A DNA stretch of 64,000 bases from an uncultured Candidatus Saccharibacteria bacterium (GTDB lineage Bacteria; Patescibacteriota; Minisyncoccia; Phycocordibacterales; JABMNX01): positions 6,107-70,106 of the forward strand of contig CAZNRH010000002.1 in the NCBI GenBank assembly GCA_964575755.1. The letters are read 5' to 3'. The position numbers and the translations under genes are program-made. A model generated the notes under the pieces. The model made no database searches. It saw only the letters and a program-made list of their open reading frames with translations, and was not told where the DNA came from. The first letter of the stretch is position 1, and every line of letters begins with the position of its first letter. Shown in pieces: positions 37,041 through 47,872 of this stretch.

Positions 37041-39638
37041 CTATTTTCTGAGTACTTTCTTAAGATACTTTCCTGTAAATGATTCTTTTGATTCAGCTAT
37101 TTCTTCTGGTGTACCTTTAGCGACTATATTACCACCACCAACTCCACCAAAAGGCCCTATATCAATCACATAATCTGCACTCTTAACTATATCCATATTG
37201 TGTTCTATTAATATCACTGTATTACCTCTATCTACAAGTCCTTGTAATATCTCAATAAGTTTCTTTACATCTTCATAGTGAAGCCCTATCGTAGGTTCAT
37301 CAAGGAGATATATAGTTTTTTGCATATGTGGTCTATACATCTCTGCAGAAATTTTTACACGTTGTGCTTCGCCACCAGAAAGTGTTGTCGCAGACTGTCC
37401 TAACTCTAAGTATCCAAGACCAACATCGTTAAGTGTTTTGAGTCTGTCATAAATAGCTGGTATATCATTAAAGAACTCGACTGCTTCTTCTACGGTCATA
37501 CTTAGGATTTCATAAATATTCTTTTTTTTGTACTTCACTTCAAGTGTCTCTTTTGTGAATCGTTTACCGTCACATAAATCACACAATACGTACACTGTGG
37601 GCAAGAAATGCATTTCTACTGCAATTAGGCCGTTCCCTTGGCACGCTTCACACCTACCTCCTTTAACATTAAATGAGAACCTTCCAGCTTTCCATCCACG
37701 AGCTCGTGCTTCTGATGTCGCTGCGAAAAGATCACGTATATGAGTAAAGGCACCTGTGTACGTAGCGGGGTTTGAACGTGGAGTTCTCCCAATTGGTGCT
37801 TGGTTTATTAAGATAGCACGTCCGAGGTATTCAGAGCCATCAAACTTTGCGCAGTTGAAAGTTTTGTTCGAACGATACTTTCTATCAAACCTTGCTTGTA
37901 GGTTCTTATATATAATTTCGTACAATAAACTTGATTTACCTGACCCAGACACACCTGTGATAACTGTCATACGTCCAAGTGGTATATCTACGCTCATATT
38001 TTTAATATTGAATATTTTTCCGCCTCGAATTTTAAGAGCTCCTTTTTGTGAAGTGCGTCGCTTCTTAGGAATCCCTAATACCTTATCACCTCTTAAATAA
38101 TCAAGAGTAATAGACTTTGAAGAATTTTTCTTTGCAGTTAAAAGTTTCTCTAGCCAATCAGAAACAATTATCTCCCCACCGTGTATTCCAGCACCCAGGC
38201 CGATGTCCACGATATAGTCAGCTGAATAAATAGTATCTTCGTCATGCTCAACCACAATGATGGTGTTACCAAGGTCGCGAAGGTCAAGAAGTGTCTTAAT
38301 AAGGCGGTCGTTATCTTTTTGGTGTAGTCCGATAGTTGGCTCATCAAGGACATAGAGAGCCCCAACAAGGCCTGAGCCAAGCTGTGAAGCCAGCCTTATA
38401 CGTTGTGCCTCTCCACCAGAAAGAGTGTTTGCTCGCCTATCTAAAGAGAGGTAGTCAATACCAACATTAATCATAAACTGTAATCGATTTTGTATTTCTT
38501 TTATAACTACATTTGATATCTCTTGTTCTTTTTTAGTTAGTTTAAGAGAGGTTATAAAGTCATGTGCATCTGTTATAGACATTGAAGTAAGGTCAACAAT
38601 ACTTTTCCCTAAATCCTTGCTAGATTTCTTATCAGAACCTCCTAGATACACCCGTAGCGCCTCTGGGCGAAGCCGAGCACCAAGACATGTGTCACATACC
38701 TCGCTACCAAAAAAATGTTTTGTACCAAGTCCATTACATGCTTCACATGCTCCATATGGTGAGTTAAAGGAAAACAGTCGTGGCTCGACTTCAGGAAAAG
38801 AGGTGCCGTCTAGTGGACATATAAACTTAGCTGAGAGTATGCGTTCACTCCCATCTGGACTTTCAATTTTAATAAGTCCATCACTTTCCTCTAGTGCATG
38901 TTCTATTGCTTCTGAAAGTCGCTCGGTTGCACTTATTTTATCTTCTTTAAATTCACTTATATAAATTTCATCAACAAGTACATCTATGTCGTGCTTCTTA
39001 GTCTTCTGAAGCTCTATCTTTTCCCTTAATTGCTTCATTTTTCCATCTATACGTACTCTCTCATAACCTTTACCGAGTAAGTCATAGAGAAGTTGGTAAT
39101 ATTCTCCTTTCCGTCCAACTACGACTGGTGCAAGAATTCGCAACTTAAGATCACTGTATTCTGTTCCTATCACTTTTTTACTTCCTTTTTTAATATCAGT
39201 TTTTTGGATAGAAGTAAGCACAACTTTCATAAGTTCTTCATGCGAAAGTTTTTTTATTTCTTGGTCATGATGTAAACAGTATGGCTTCCCTATTCGAGCA
39301 TATAAAATACGCATATAGTCATATATTTCTGTGATAGTTGCTACTGTCGAGCGAGGGTTATTTGAACGTGATTTTTGATCGATAGATATAGCAGGAGAAA
39401 GGCCAGAGATTTCTTCAACATCTGGTTTTTGCATTTGTCGTAAAAACTGCCGGGCATATGCTGAAAGAGACTCAACATACTTACGTTGACCTTCTGCAAA
39501 AATAGTATCGAATGCGAGTGATGATTTTCCAGAGCCAGATAAACCAGTAAAAACTACCATCTTGTTTCGTGGTATTTCTAAGTCGACATTCTTTAGATTA
39601 TGCGTCTTTGCGCCTTTTATTATGATTTTATCCTCCAT
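37041..39638 (-). CDS. uvrA: Excinuclease ABC subunit A
   Basis: Two ABC modules ([22 protein letters not shown]), zinc-finger Cys clusters, LSGGEAQR signatures. Confidence 0.95.
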   Translation of the reverse strand: MEDKIIIKGAKTHNLKNVDLEIPRNKMVVFTGLSGSGKSSLAFDTIFAEGQRKYVESLSAYARQFLRQMQKPDVEEISGLSPAISIDQKSRSNNPRSTVATITEIYDYMRILYARIGKPYCLHHDQEIKKLSHEELMKVVLTSIQKTDIKKGSKKVIGTEYSDLKLRILAPVVVGRKGEYYQLLYDLLGKGYERVRIDGKMKQLREKIELQKTKKHDIDVLVDEIYISEFKEDKISATERLSEAIEHALEESDGLIKIESPDGSERILSAKFICPLDGTSFPEVEPRLFSFNSPYGACEACNGLGTKHFFGSEVCDTCLGARLRPEALRVYLGGSDKKSSKDLGKSIVDLTSMSITDAHDFITSLKLTKKEQEISNVVIKEIQNRLQFMINVGIDYLSLDRRANTLSGGEAQRIRLASQLGSGLVGALYVLDEPTIGLHQKDNDRLIKTLLDLRDLGNTIIVVEHDEDTIYSADYIVDIGLGAGIHGGEIIVSDWLEKLLTAKKNSSKSITLDYLRGDKVLGIPKKRRTSQKGALKIRGGKIFNIKNMSVDIPLGRMTVITGVSGSGKSSLLYEIIYKNLQARFDRKYRSNKTFNCAKFDGSEYLGRAILINQAPIGRTPRSNPATYTGAFTHIRDLFAATSEARARGWKAGRFSFNVKGGRCEACQGNGLIAVEMHFLPTVYVLCDLCDGKRFTKETLEVKYKKKNIYEILSMTVEEAVEFFNDIPAIYDRLKTLNDVGLGYLELGQSATTLSGGEAQRVKISAEMYRPHMQKTIYLLDEPTIGLHYEDVKKLIEILQGLVDRGNTVILIEHNMDIVKSADYVIDIGPFGGVGGGNIVAKGTPEEIAESKESFTGKYLKKVLRK

Positions 39639-39771
39639 CTTAGGTCTTGTTATATCAATTCAAACCACCCCTTGTTTTGACATAGGGGTTGTATAGAAAG
39701 AAAGTGTACCATACTTAATTAAAAGAAAAAGGAGTTTAATTAAGCTCTCATACTCTTGTTTACAGTACTAG

Positions 39772-41787
39772 CTAATTTTTACCTTCTAACGCCTGTATTT
39801 CATCACGTATAATAGCTGCCGTCTCGAAGTCGAGAATCTTTACAGCTTCTTCCATTTGACGGCGCTTTTCTTTAATAAGTTTCTTAGGATTCTTCTTATA
39901 TAGTTCCCTATCTACATCAAGCAACGTCACTACTGCTTTCTGATGTTCTGTGCGTAGCTGGTCTGTGATGTCTTTAATATTTTTCTTAATTGTCTTTGGT
40001 GTTATGTTGTACTTTTTATTGTGTGCAATCTGAATCTCACGCCTGCGATTAGTCTCAGAGATTGCTTTTTGCATTGAGCCAGTTATGTTGTCTGCATAAA
40101 GCACAGCGCGGCCCTCTACGTTTCTCGCAGCTCGTCCTATTGTTTGAATAAGTGAAGTCTCTGAACGAAGGAAACCTTCTTTATCTGCATCAAGAATCCC
40201 GACAAGCGTTACTTCAGGTAGGTCAAGCCCTTCTCGTAAAAGATTCACTCCAACAAGCACATCGAACTTACCTTTTCTAAAATCAGTTAAGATAATGATA
40301 CGATCTAGTGTCTTTATATCACTATGTAAATACTCTGCTTTTATATCTTTATCTTTTAGATACTCACTAAAGTCTTCTGCCATTTTCTTTGTAAGTGTTG
40401 TAACTAGTACACGCCCGCCTTTCTTAACTGTCTTGCCTGTTTCTGCTATAAAGTCTGCAACCTGTCCTTTGTATTTTCCGTCATTACTTTCAACAACTGG
40501 CCTTATCTCAATCTGAGGATCAATAAGTCCTGTTGGGCGAATAATTTGCTCTATTGGTTTATCGGTATGTTCAAACTCATACACGCCTGGAGTCGCTGAA
40601 GTGTATATAGACTCTCCTACTCGTTGCTCAAATTCCTTGAAATTAAGTGGGCGGTTATCTAGTGCTGATGGGAGTCGAAATCCATAATCTATTAACGTAC
40701 GTTTACGTGACTGGTCTCCAGCATACATACCACCTATCTGAGGAATAGTAACGTGAGACTCATCTATAATTGTCAAAAAATCAGGTGTTCCATCTTTTTT
40801 ATGTGGAAAATAAGAAAGAAGAGTATATGGTGGTTCTCCAACCTTTCTTCTATCAAAATGTAGTGAATAGTTTTCTATACCGTTGCAATAACCTATCTCA
40901 CGCATAAGAGCCATGTCTTGAGTGGTCCTGCGTCGTAAACGCTCTAACTCTAGTATATTCCCTTCTTTATCAAACTTCTTTAACTGTTCTTTAAGCTCGT
41001 CTTTTATATCTTCTATCGCTTCTTTGCGTTCATGTTCTGGAGTTACATAATGTTTTGCTGGAAACAAGAACATATCAATTTTCTTTTCAATAATTTGTCT
41101 GGAAATATAATCGAGTGTAATTACTTCTGTTACTGTGCCTGAAGAAAGTCCAATACGATAAATAATCCTTTCGCTTGTTGGCATTATTTCAATAAAGTTA
41201 CCTAGTGCACGAAACATACCTGGCTTCAAATCAGCATTTGTTCTTTCAAAATATATATCAATAAGTTTTCGTATAAAACCAGAGCGTGAAAGATTGTCCC
41301 CGACAGCAACTTTGAGATGCACTCCCTCATATCTCTCTGGGCTTCCTAAACCATAAATACATGAAACGGATGCGACTATTATCACATCACTTCGTGTTAA
41401 GAGTGCTTGTGTTGAGGCGTGCCTTAGCCTATCTATTTCTTCATTGATTTGTGCCTCTTTCTCAATATAAGTATCCGAAGTTGGCATGTATGCTTCTGGC
41501 TGGTAGTAGTCATAGTATGAGACAAAATAATGCACAGCATTGTTTGGAAAAAATTCTCTATATTCTTGTGCAAGTTGAGCTGCGAGTGTTTTATTGTGTG
41601 CAATCACAAGTGTTGGTTTCTGAATCTTTTCTATTACATTTGCTACGGTAAACGTTTTTCCTGACCCAGTCACACCTAAAAGAGTCTGGTGTCGCTTACC
41701 TGATTCAACTCCTTTTATAAGAGCTTTTATTGCTTTTGGTTGGTCTCCATCTGGCTTGAATCCAGATGAGATTTTAAATTTATTCAT
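39772..41787 (-). CDS. uvrB: Excinuclease ABC subunit B
   Basis: Helicase motif I GVTGSGKT, beta-hairpin region YYDYYQPEAY, C-terminal UVR domain (AAIIRDEIQAL); start moved to MNKFKISS at 41787. Confidence 0.9.
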   Translation of the reverse strand: MNKFKISSGFKPDGDQPKAIKALIKGVESGKRHQTLLGVTGSGKTFTVANVIEKIQKPTLVIAHNKTLAAQLAQEYREFFPNNAVHYFVSYYDYYQPEAYMPTSDTYIEKEAQINEEIDRLRHASTQALLTRSDVIIVASVSCIYGLGSPERYEGVHLKVAVGDNLSRSGFIRKLIDIYFERTNADLKPGMFRALGNFIEIMPTSERIIYRIGLSSGTVTEVITLDYISRQIIEKKIDMFLFPAKHYVTPEHERKEAIEDIKDELKEQLKKFDKEGNILELERLRRRTTQDMALMREIGYCNGIENYSLHFDRRKVGEPPYTLLSYFPHKKDGTPDFLTIIDESHVTIPQIGGMYAGDQSRKRTLIDYGFRLPSALDNRPLNFKEFEQRVGESIYTSATPGVYEFEHTDKPIEQIIRPTGLIDPQIEIRPVVESNDGKYKGQVADFIAETGKTVKKGGRVLVTTLTKKMAEDFSEYLKDKDIKAEYLHSDIKTLDRIIILTDFRKGKFDVLVGVNLLREGLDLPEVTLVGILDADKEGFLRSETSLIQTIGRAARNVEGRAVLYADNITGSMQKAISETNRRREIQIAHNKKYNITPKTIKKNIKDITDQLRTEHQKAVVTLLDVDRELYKKNPKKLIKEKRRQMEEAVKILDFETAAIIRDEIQALEGKN

Positions 41788-41950
41788 TGTTTGTAAACTA
41801 CATACTATTGCATCAATGGGGCATAGGCAAGAAAAAAAGCCGATTCCCGAAGGAACCGGCAAGTTTAACAGGGAGGCGATGACCTCAAAAAAGTGGAGGA
41901 AAGATCATCTACAGCCAAGAATACCATTTAATTATAAAAAAGCAATCATT

Positions 41951-43168
41951 TTACACTAAGTACTTATCAAGAAACTCGGCCTTAAACTCATAAAATTTAT
42001 CGTCAAGAATTGACTGTCTTAAGTCTTTAACTAAATTTACAATAAAATAAAGATTATGGATCGACGCGAGTGTTGCACCAAGCATTTCTTTAGAGCGAAA
42101 TAAATGTGCTAGATACGCCTTTTTATAATTCTTTGAGGTGTAACTAGGTGTATCATCGTCAATCGTTGAGAAGTCATTCCTATATTTACTATTTAAAATG
42201 TTTATAAGACCACTTTTTGTGTATAGCATCCCATTCCTTGCTATACGCGTTGGAGTAACACAATCAAATGTATCAATCCCCTTCTCTATACCGTCAAAAA
42301 TATTAAGTGGGTCTCCAATACCAAGAAGATGTCTAGGTTTTTCTTTAGGTAAGATACTATTCACTAACTTTAATGTGGCATCTAGATCTTTTTTAGTAAA
42401 CGAACCACCAATGCCGTACCCGTCAAAACTCATTTTCGCTAACGTCTCAGCACTCTCTCTACGCAAGTCTTCATGGCGACCACCTTGTATGACTCCATAC
42501 AACCCTTGCTTCCCGCTTGCTTCTATATTTCCCAAGTGAGCTTTTAAACTTCTGTCTGCCCAACGATGTGTTCTGTCCATAGCTTCTTTTTGATACTCAT
42601 AAGGAGCAGTCGGTGACGTACATTCATCAAATGCAAACATAATATCTGCACCTATATTGTGTTGTATCTCAATAGAACATTCTGCACTAAATCTGTGTGT
42701 ACTTCCATCTAAATGTGACGTAAACGTCACACCCTCTTCGTCAATACGTGCAAGTCGAGCTTACTCTAGACTAAAGTTCTTGTCGTATATTACTGGCGAT
42801 GTACTATCCTGAATATCATGAGCAAATTTACTTACATTACTATCATATGCATCTCCAAGTGAAAATACCTGAAACCCACCAGAGTCAGTTAGTGTTGGAC
42901 CTCCCCAATTCATAAACTTATTCAACCCACCAGACTCTTTAACTATATTTTCACCAGGTTCAAGATACAGATGATATGTATTTGCAAGCACTGCTTGAAC
43001 CCCAACGTAATCTCTCAACTGTTCTGGGGTAACAGACTTCACTGTGGCTTTAGTGCCAACCACAGTAAAAGCTGGAGTTTCTATCTTTCCATGAGGAGTA
43101 TCTATTACGCCAGCACGTCCAAGCTGTCCTTTGATTTGTTTTTCAATTTTAAATGAAATAGTCGACAT
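41951..43168 (-). pseudogene. tgt: Queuine tRNA-ribosyltransferase interrupted by an in-frame TAA (42761-42763)
   Basis: N-terminal piece 42761-43168 (RAGVIDTPHGKIETPAFTVVGT...LTDSGGFQVFSL) and C-terminal piece 41951-42730 (SHLDGS...GADIMFAFDEC...) are in the same frame; the 30 nt between them encode ARLARIDEEG, matching the conserved TGT region around the stop. Confidence 0.7.
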
Positions 43169-43196
43169 ACTAAAAGTATCCTAGAAACGTGTCAGA

Positions 43197-43415
43197 CTAT
43201 CGAACTACACTACATGTAGCATATACAGCAAGCAGTAGAGCTAGTGTAAAAAATACAGCTCCTACGAAACATTTTGAGTGGAATGGACTTTGATGCAGCC
43301 CAGTAGAACATGTATCGCAATTATTCAACACTACTTGAGCAAATTGATACCATGCGTAAGCAGTGCCAAGTGCAAGAACTCCAGTAAGGAAATATAGTAT
43401 TTGTGTTAATTCCAT
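43197..43415 (-). CDS. Small Cys-containing membrane protein
   Basis: 72-aa ORF, two hydrophobic helices, CDTCSTG motif. Confidence 0.3.
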   Translation of the reverse strand: MELTQILYFLTGVLALGTAYAWYQFAQVVLNNCDTCSTGLHQSPFHSKCFVGAVFFTLALLLAVYATCSVVR

Positions 43416-43420
43416 AATTA

Positions 43421-43903
43421 TTAAGGGTTTAAAACTTGTATTAATTCTACTTCGAAGTGCAGTGTGGAGTTAGCTGGAATTACTCCAATAGCACGGTTTC
43501 CATATGCGAGATTAGCTGGGATAGTTAACTTTCGCTTTCCACCAACTTTCATACCAACTATTCCTAAATCCCACCCTTTTATTACTTGACCAATTCCAAG
43601 TGTGAAAGAAAATGGTACACCTCTATCGACAGAGCTATCAAACACAGTACCATCGTCGAGTGTACCTACATAATGAGCTGTTACCCTAAGACCATCAACA
43701 GCCTCTTCTCCTTGACCTAGAATTATATCTTCAATAATAAGTCCTGATCCTAATATTTGCTCTGTATTTCCCTCAATTACAACACTCTCCCTTTGGGTTG
43801 AGTTACTGAATAAAGTATTTAAAATGCCAATTAATAAAATGACCCCAACGACAGTAATAGCTACAGCCACCGCTATGTTTTCATTTCGATTCAATTCTTT
43901 CAT
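43421..43903 (-). CDS. FKBP-type peptidyl-prolyl cis-trans isomerase, membrane-anchored
   Basis: N-terminal TM helix; FKBP domain VTAHYVGTLDDGTVFDSS...GIGQVIKGWDLGIVGMKVGGKRKLTIP...LHFEVELI. Confidence 0.8.
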   Translation of the reverse strand: MKELNRNENIAVAVAITVVGVILLIGILNTLFSNSTQRESVVIEGNTEQILGSGLIIEDIILGQGEEAVDGLRVTAHYVGTLDDGTVFDSSVDRGVPFSFTLGIGQVIKGWDLGIVGMKVGGKRKLTIPANLAYGNRAIGVIPANSTLHFEVELIQVLNP

Positions 43904-44086
43904 AGAAAATAAAATTACCTTAATAAATATATTTACTTAAGCGTAACATCATTTCTTCTTCAAAGAAACTTATGTATGTTGGTTATTGAGCACGAGACAA
44001 AGACTTGACAATGGCTATATTTTCGTGTTAAACTTGTGTTAGAAATATCGAATTACAAATTTGGTATAAAACAGTTTTTTAAAGGA

Positions 44087-44311
44087 GACGACCCTATGCG
44101 AACTTTTAAAAAAGTGGCGCTGGTCGCCACACTTCTTGTTCTCGGTGCATGTACTAGCATTGAGGTAATAGATAAAGACAACGGACACGTGTCTGTTGTA
44201 TACGAGAAACCAAGCCTTATCATAGGTATGATTCCAACGTTTACAAAACGTAGGATCACGTTTGACTTCGTATGCACACCAGTGTGCATACAAGAAAAAG
44301 CGAAGGAGTAG
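44087..44311 (+). CDS. Small lipoprotein
   Basis: RBS AAAGGAG 8 nt upstream; signal peptide with lipobox (LVLGAC); 74 aa. Confidence 0.45.
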   Translation, partial: DDPMRTFKKVALVATLLVLGACTSIEVIDKDNGHVSVVYEKPSLIIGMIPTFTKRRITFDFVCTPVCIQEKAKE

Positions 44312-44316
44312 GAAAA

Positions 44317-44754
44317 ATGAAAATCTTTTTTATCACCCTTCTCTCCCTTTTTCTTTATACCGCTGGTACTCTGAAAGCTGCAGCAGGATCTATAGACGTA
44401 ACCATGTCTCCGACAGGAGATGTTGTGACACTTCCCGACGGAAGTACACTCCAACCTTACGTTATTGATGATACACGATGGTTCGAGTTTTTCAAACTCG
44501 ATTCTATTGTCGGTCAGCAATGTTGGAGCGATGATAACTGTGTCTTACTGTCACCAAACGGTGTCGAAATTAAGATCGACTGGCAACAAGTTGCTGTAGT
44601 TGCAACAATTGTGATTATCCGAGTTGCGCAACCTAAGTGGCTTCCAAAATGGGCGACTGGGCGAAGTGCAAACTCTTCAAATCCCGTTGCTACTGCCGTA
44701 GGTGGTGGTGGTACTTGTCCCCCCGCTTGCGGAGCACCTGGAGCAGGAACCTGA
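44317..44754 (+). CDS. Secreted hypothetical protein with Gly/Pro/Cys-rich C-terminus
   Basis: RBS GAAGGAG; signal peptide MKIFFITLLSLFLYTAGTLKAAAG; C-terminal GGGGTCPPACGAPGAGT in a locally GC-rich segment. Confidence 0.45.
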   Translation: MKIFFITLLSLFLYTAGTLKAAAGSIDVTMSPTGDVVTLPDGSTLQPYVIDDTRWFEFFKLDSIVGQQCWSDDNCVLLSPNGVEIKIDWQQVAVVATIVIIRVAQPKWLPKWATGRSANSSNPVATAVGGGGTCPPACGAPGAGT

Positions 44755-44760
44755 ACTTAT

Positions 44761-44802
44761 ACCCCATGAAATGTAGGAACATTTCATGGGGTAAACTTTT
44801 TT
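44761..44802 (+). terminator. Rho-independent terminator (ACCCCATGAAAT...ATTTCATGGGGT plus T6)
   Basis: 12-bp perfect stem then AAACTTTTTT, right after the stop of the plus-strand secreted-protein gene. Confidence 0.55.
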
Positions 44803-44808
44803 ATATAA

Positions 44809-45657
44809 TTATTGTTTCTTTTTATACTGATCAGATAATACCATCGCTCCATATAACCCACCAAGCGAGCCTAGCTGTGCTAACTTTATTTCGGGCAATT
44901 CTGGGAATATTTTTAATATTCCTTTCAAACATTCTATTGTATGATCAAGTGGAATTCTAGGGTCACCAACCATCATTGAACCCCCAAGCACAACTACGTT
45001 CGGTGACCAGTGAACTATTGTGTTATTTAATCCATATGCAAGATATCTTGCATATGTATCCCAAAATTCTTCGTCTTTAATTTCATATGGTTTCTTTCCT
45101 GTTCGTCTTTCAGTTGCTCTACCTGATATGTAATTTCCAAGAGTTATTCCATCACAATCTGAACAAAGCGCTTTACCAGCATCAATTATCTGCTGTCCTG
45201 GTTCAAAACCAACAACTTTACTATCAATAAACCCGTCAATAAATCGCGCACCCCCAACTCCTGTACTCACCGTAATGTATACCCCAATCCCCTCCTTTGC
45301 TCCTGCGCCATAGTGCATTTCTCCAAGCCCTACTACGGCAGAATCATTCTCTATATGAACAGGTACGTTAAACTCTTTTGTTAATTCATCACATAGAGAG
45401 CGCCCTATCCAATTTTTAAGATTAGGACTTCCAAGAAGGCTACAGACTCCTTTACCAAAAGGTCCAGCGATACCTCCGCATATCATTTCAATATTTTCTC
45501 CTGTAGAAATAACCTTTATCTTTTCTTTAAGTACACTCATTCCTTCATTGAAATCGACAGGCGTATTTACAACAATAGGCTCACCAACAAATTTTACAAG
45601 GTCGTGACTTCCCACAATACGCATCTTTGTTCCTCCTATGTCAAAAAGAATATACAT
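44809..45657 (-). CDS. ROK/BadF-type sugar kinase (glucokinase-like)
   Basis: N-terminal DIGGTKMR phosphate-1 motif, GIGVYITVSTGVGGA phosphate-2; actin-fold sugar kinase size. Confidence 0.6.
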   Translation of the reverse strand: MYILFDIGGTKMRIVGSHDLVKFVGEPIVVNTPVDFNEGMSVLKEKIKVISTGENIEMICGGIAGPFGKGVCSLLGSPNLKNWIGRSLCDELTKEFNVPVHIENDSAVVGLGEMHYGAGAKEGIGVYITVSTGVGGARFIDGFIDSKVVGFEPGQQIIDAGKALCSDCDGITLGNYISGRATERRTGKKPYEIKDEEFWDTYARYLAYGLNNTIVHWSPNVVVLGGSMMVGDPRIPLDHTIECLKGILKIFPELPEIKLAQLGSLGGLYGAMVLSDQYKKKQ

Positions 45658-45660
45658 ACT

Positions 45661-46632
45661 TTACTCAACTATTGGATTAATTGTTTGATTAAAAATCTCA
45701 GATGCGTCTTTAGTGTATTCTACAATATTTTCTTTAAAGTATGCAGGGTGTGCTTCTTGTATCTTACCTATAACAAAGTACCCCACAGATAACATCTCTC
45801 CATACATAGCTCTCTTTTTTAGGGGAATGTTTAAATAGTCTCCTTTATATTCTTTCAGTACATCTTCTTTTTTGGGAGATTGGGTGGTGAATTGAATTAT
45901 TAATTCTTTATCTGACTTAATAATGGTCTTTGCATGCTTGACTTCTTCACTTGTAAACACTCTACCAACTACATTTCCTCCAAACAATTCATCGAATTTT
46001 GTTCTTAACATACTGCGCACTTCATCAAACTCAACAGGAACAACCAAAACAAAAGAAGAATACTTACCAAAGTCATGTGGTATATTTTTTTTTATAGTAT
46101 CAATATGCTCATAAATATCCTCTGCACGCTCTCTTGTGTGAGAAAGAATCATGGAGAGATATGTTGATGTATTGTATGTATATGGTTCACGATTCTTAGG
46201 AAAAACAACTACATTACTATCATCTATATACTTTTTAGCTTCTGCATCTTTATTGTTGGTTAAAAGCCATGTTGACATGTTTAGCTTTCTTTCTGCCATC
46301 TTTTTTGCAATATCTACAGAATGCTTTCCTCCAGAAGCAGATATAATTACTACACAGTCTATATCTGTAAACTTATTAAGATTTTCTTCAAAGTCTCCTG
46401 CTTCAGAATACCGAGCCTGTGTATTTTTAAAGAGTATCTTCCCAACAGCGTAAGAATTTGCACTTCCAACAACGAGAGGTTTCGAGCAGATATTATCCAC
46501 CTTTAATGTATAAGGTTTTTCTTTTGAAAAACGCTCTAGGGCACCCAAAACTACAACATCCAAGTTTGGGAGAGAATGTATATTAAAGGTCTCTAATGTT
46601 TTTAAATTCTCGTACTCCATATATTTACACAA
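45661..46632 (-). CDS. SIS-domain protein, possibly a bifunctional phosphoglucose/phosphomannose isomerase
   Basis: VVIISASGGKHSVDIAKKMAE resembles the SIS phosphosugar-binding loop; about 320 aa like archaeal-type PGI/PMI. Confidence 0.4.
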   Translation of the reverse strand: MCKYMEYENLKTLETFNIHSLPNLDVVVLGALERFSKEKPYTLKVDNICSKPLVVGSANSYAVGKILFKNTQARYSEAGDFEENLNKFTDIDCVVIISASGGKHSVDIAKKMAERKLNMSTWLLTNNKDAEAKKYIDDSNVVVFPKNREPYTYNTSTYLSMILSHTRERAEDIYEHIDTIKKNIPHDFGKYSSFVLVVPVEFDEVRSMLRTKFDELFGGNVVGRVFTSEEVKHAKTIIKSDKELIIQFTTQSPKKEDVLKEYKGDYLNIPLKKRAMYGEMLSVGYFVIGKIQEAHPAYFKENIVEYTKDASEIFNQTINPIVE

Positions 46633-46847
46633 TTAAAAGTATGAAAGTTATAGAAATTGCTATAAGTATAATAATAGTCTGTGTATCTTTTTTCATCCCG
46701 TTAGAGGCAAGTCGCGATCTTTGCGACTTGTAGAATTATGTTTTTATAAATTTTAGTTCGGCTTTTATTCATACCATTGATTATACCTCATGTGACCACG
46801 GCCTCTAAAGGTATTCATATAATAATTATAATACTAATCCAATTCAA

Positions 46848-47852
46848 TTACTCAGTGTCAAAAAGTTTCTCTGCCTCAACCCAGAAAGATTCATCTCCTT
46901 GTTTTTTAAGCCAATACCACCACTCTGCTCCCCATAAGTACTGAGTGCTAAACCTTGTGTCTTTAGCGAATTCTATAATTTCTTTAAATTTTTCAATATC
47001 CATACGCTCTAACTGCGTCTCTATTGGTGTATCTATTATTGGTTGCATAAGCCATGGTTCAGCAGAAAGTTCTATTAAAAATGTTTGTTTATTCCCGTAC
47101 AAAATACGCATTAGATTATTTTTAGCTCGATAAAAAGAAGGTGGGAGTATAGATTTAAACTGACCAACCTCAGGATTCCAAAAATATATGTAGACGCTCG
47201 TGCCAAACACGTCTCCAGATCTATACGCTCCAAACCAAGAACCAAGATTTCCACTATCAGTAATTAATATTGGTCTGGAATGGTCTAATTCTTTTACAAG
47301 TGCTATTTCTTCAGCAAGAAACTCTTTATCAAGTTCCCCACACTCTTCTTTAGCAAAAATCTCTAAAAATGGCTCGTTTTCGACTTGCCAATGCGTAATT
47401 GCCCTGCTGTCTTTATATCGTAAAACTATTTCTGTTATAAGTTCTTTTATTTCTTTTTTTTGTTCTTCCCATGTAAGCTTCTGTGCCCAATCTGGGACAT
47501 GACATTCAGGCCACCGCGGAAGCCTCCTCCCTACTCCAAGTATTACATCTACACCACGACTCTCTGCCTCTTTAAGCTGGAAATCAAGTTCTTTAAAATT
47601 AAATCTATCCTTTGTGGGCTCTACCATTGTCCAATGAGCTGAAAGGCGGAGTCTTTTCACGCCTAAATCGTCAAGGACTGCTATATAGACTTCTCTAGGA
47701 TCTAACTCAAGCTCTTCTGCATATAAAGTATTAAATGAAGTCCCGTATTTAATTTCTTTAGGCTTATCGCTTATAGTCAAAAGCAACATAACCACAAGTA
47801 TTAATATAAGACCTACAAATAAATATGTGATTAGTTTTCGTATTACTTTCAT
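46848..47852 (-). CDS. Membrane-anchored glycoside hydrolase, clan GH-A (GH5/GH42-like)
   Basis: N-terminal TM helix; acid/base motif HWQVENEP; candidate nucleophile in FLIELSAEPW; TIM-barrel size. Confidence 0.55.
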   Translation of the reverse strand: MKVIRKLITYLFVGLILILVVMLLLTISDKPKEIKYGTSFNTLYAEELELDPREVYIAVLDDLGVKRLRLSAHWTMVEPTKDRFNFKELDFQLKEAESRGVDVILGVGRRLPRWPECHVPDWAQKLTWEEQKKEIKELITEIVLRYKDSRAITHWQVENEPFLEIFAKEECGELDKEFLAEEIALVKELDHSRPILITDSGNLGSWFGAYRSGDVFGTSVYIYFWNPEVGQFKSILPPSFYRAKNNLMRILYGNKQTFLIELSAEPWLMQPIIDTPIETQLERMDIEKFKEIIEFAKDTRFSTQYLWGAEWWYWLKKQGDESFWVEAEKLFDTE

Positions 47853-47872
47853 GTTTTTATATAATGGGATGT

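Noticed and set aside
41951-43168. Alternative genetic code (stop-codon reassignment) as explanation for the tgt in-frame TAA
   Set aside because: All other genes in the 64 kb read cleanly with standard stops, and TAA terminates many of them; a single-site mutation or sequencing error is more likely.
44039-44520. Minus-strand ORFs 44039-44293 and 44053-44520 (84 and 155 aa, Cys-rich)
   Set aside because: Antisense to plus-strand genes that have RBSs, signal peptides and a terminator; most likely frame artefacts of the local GC-rich composition, although not fully excluded.
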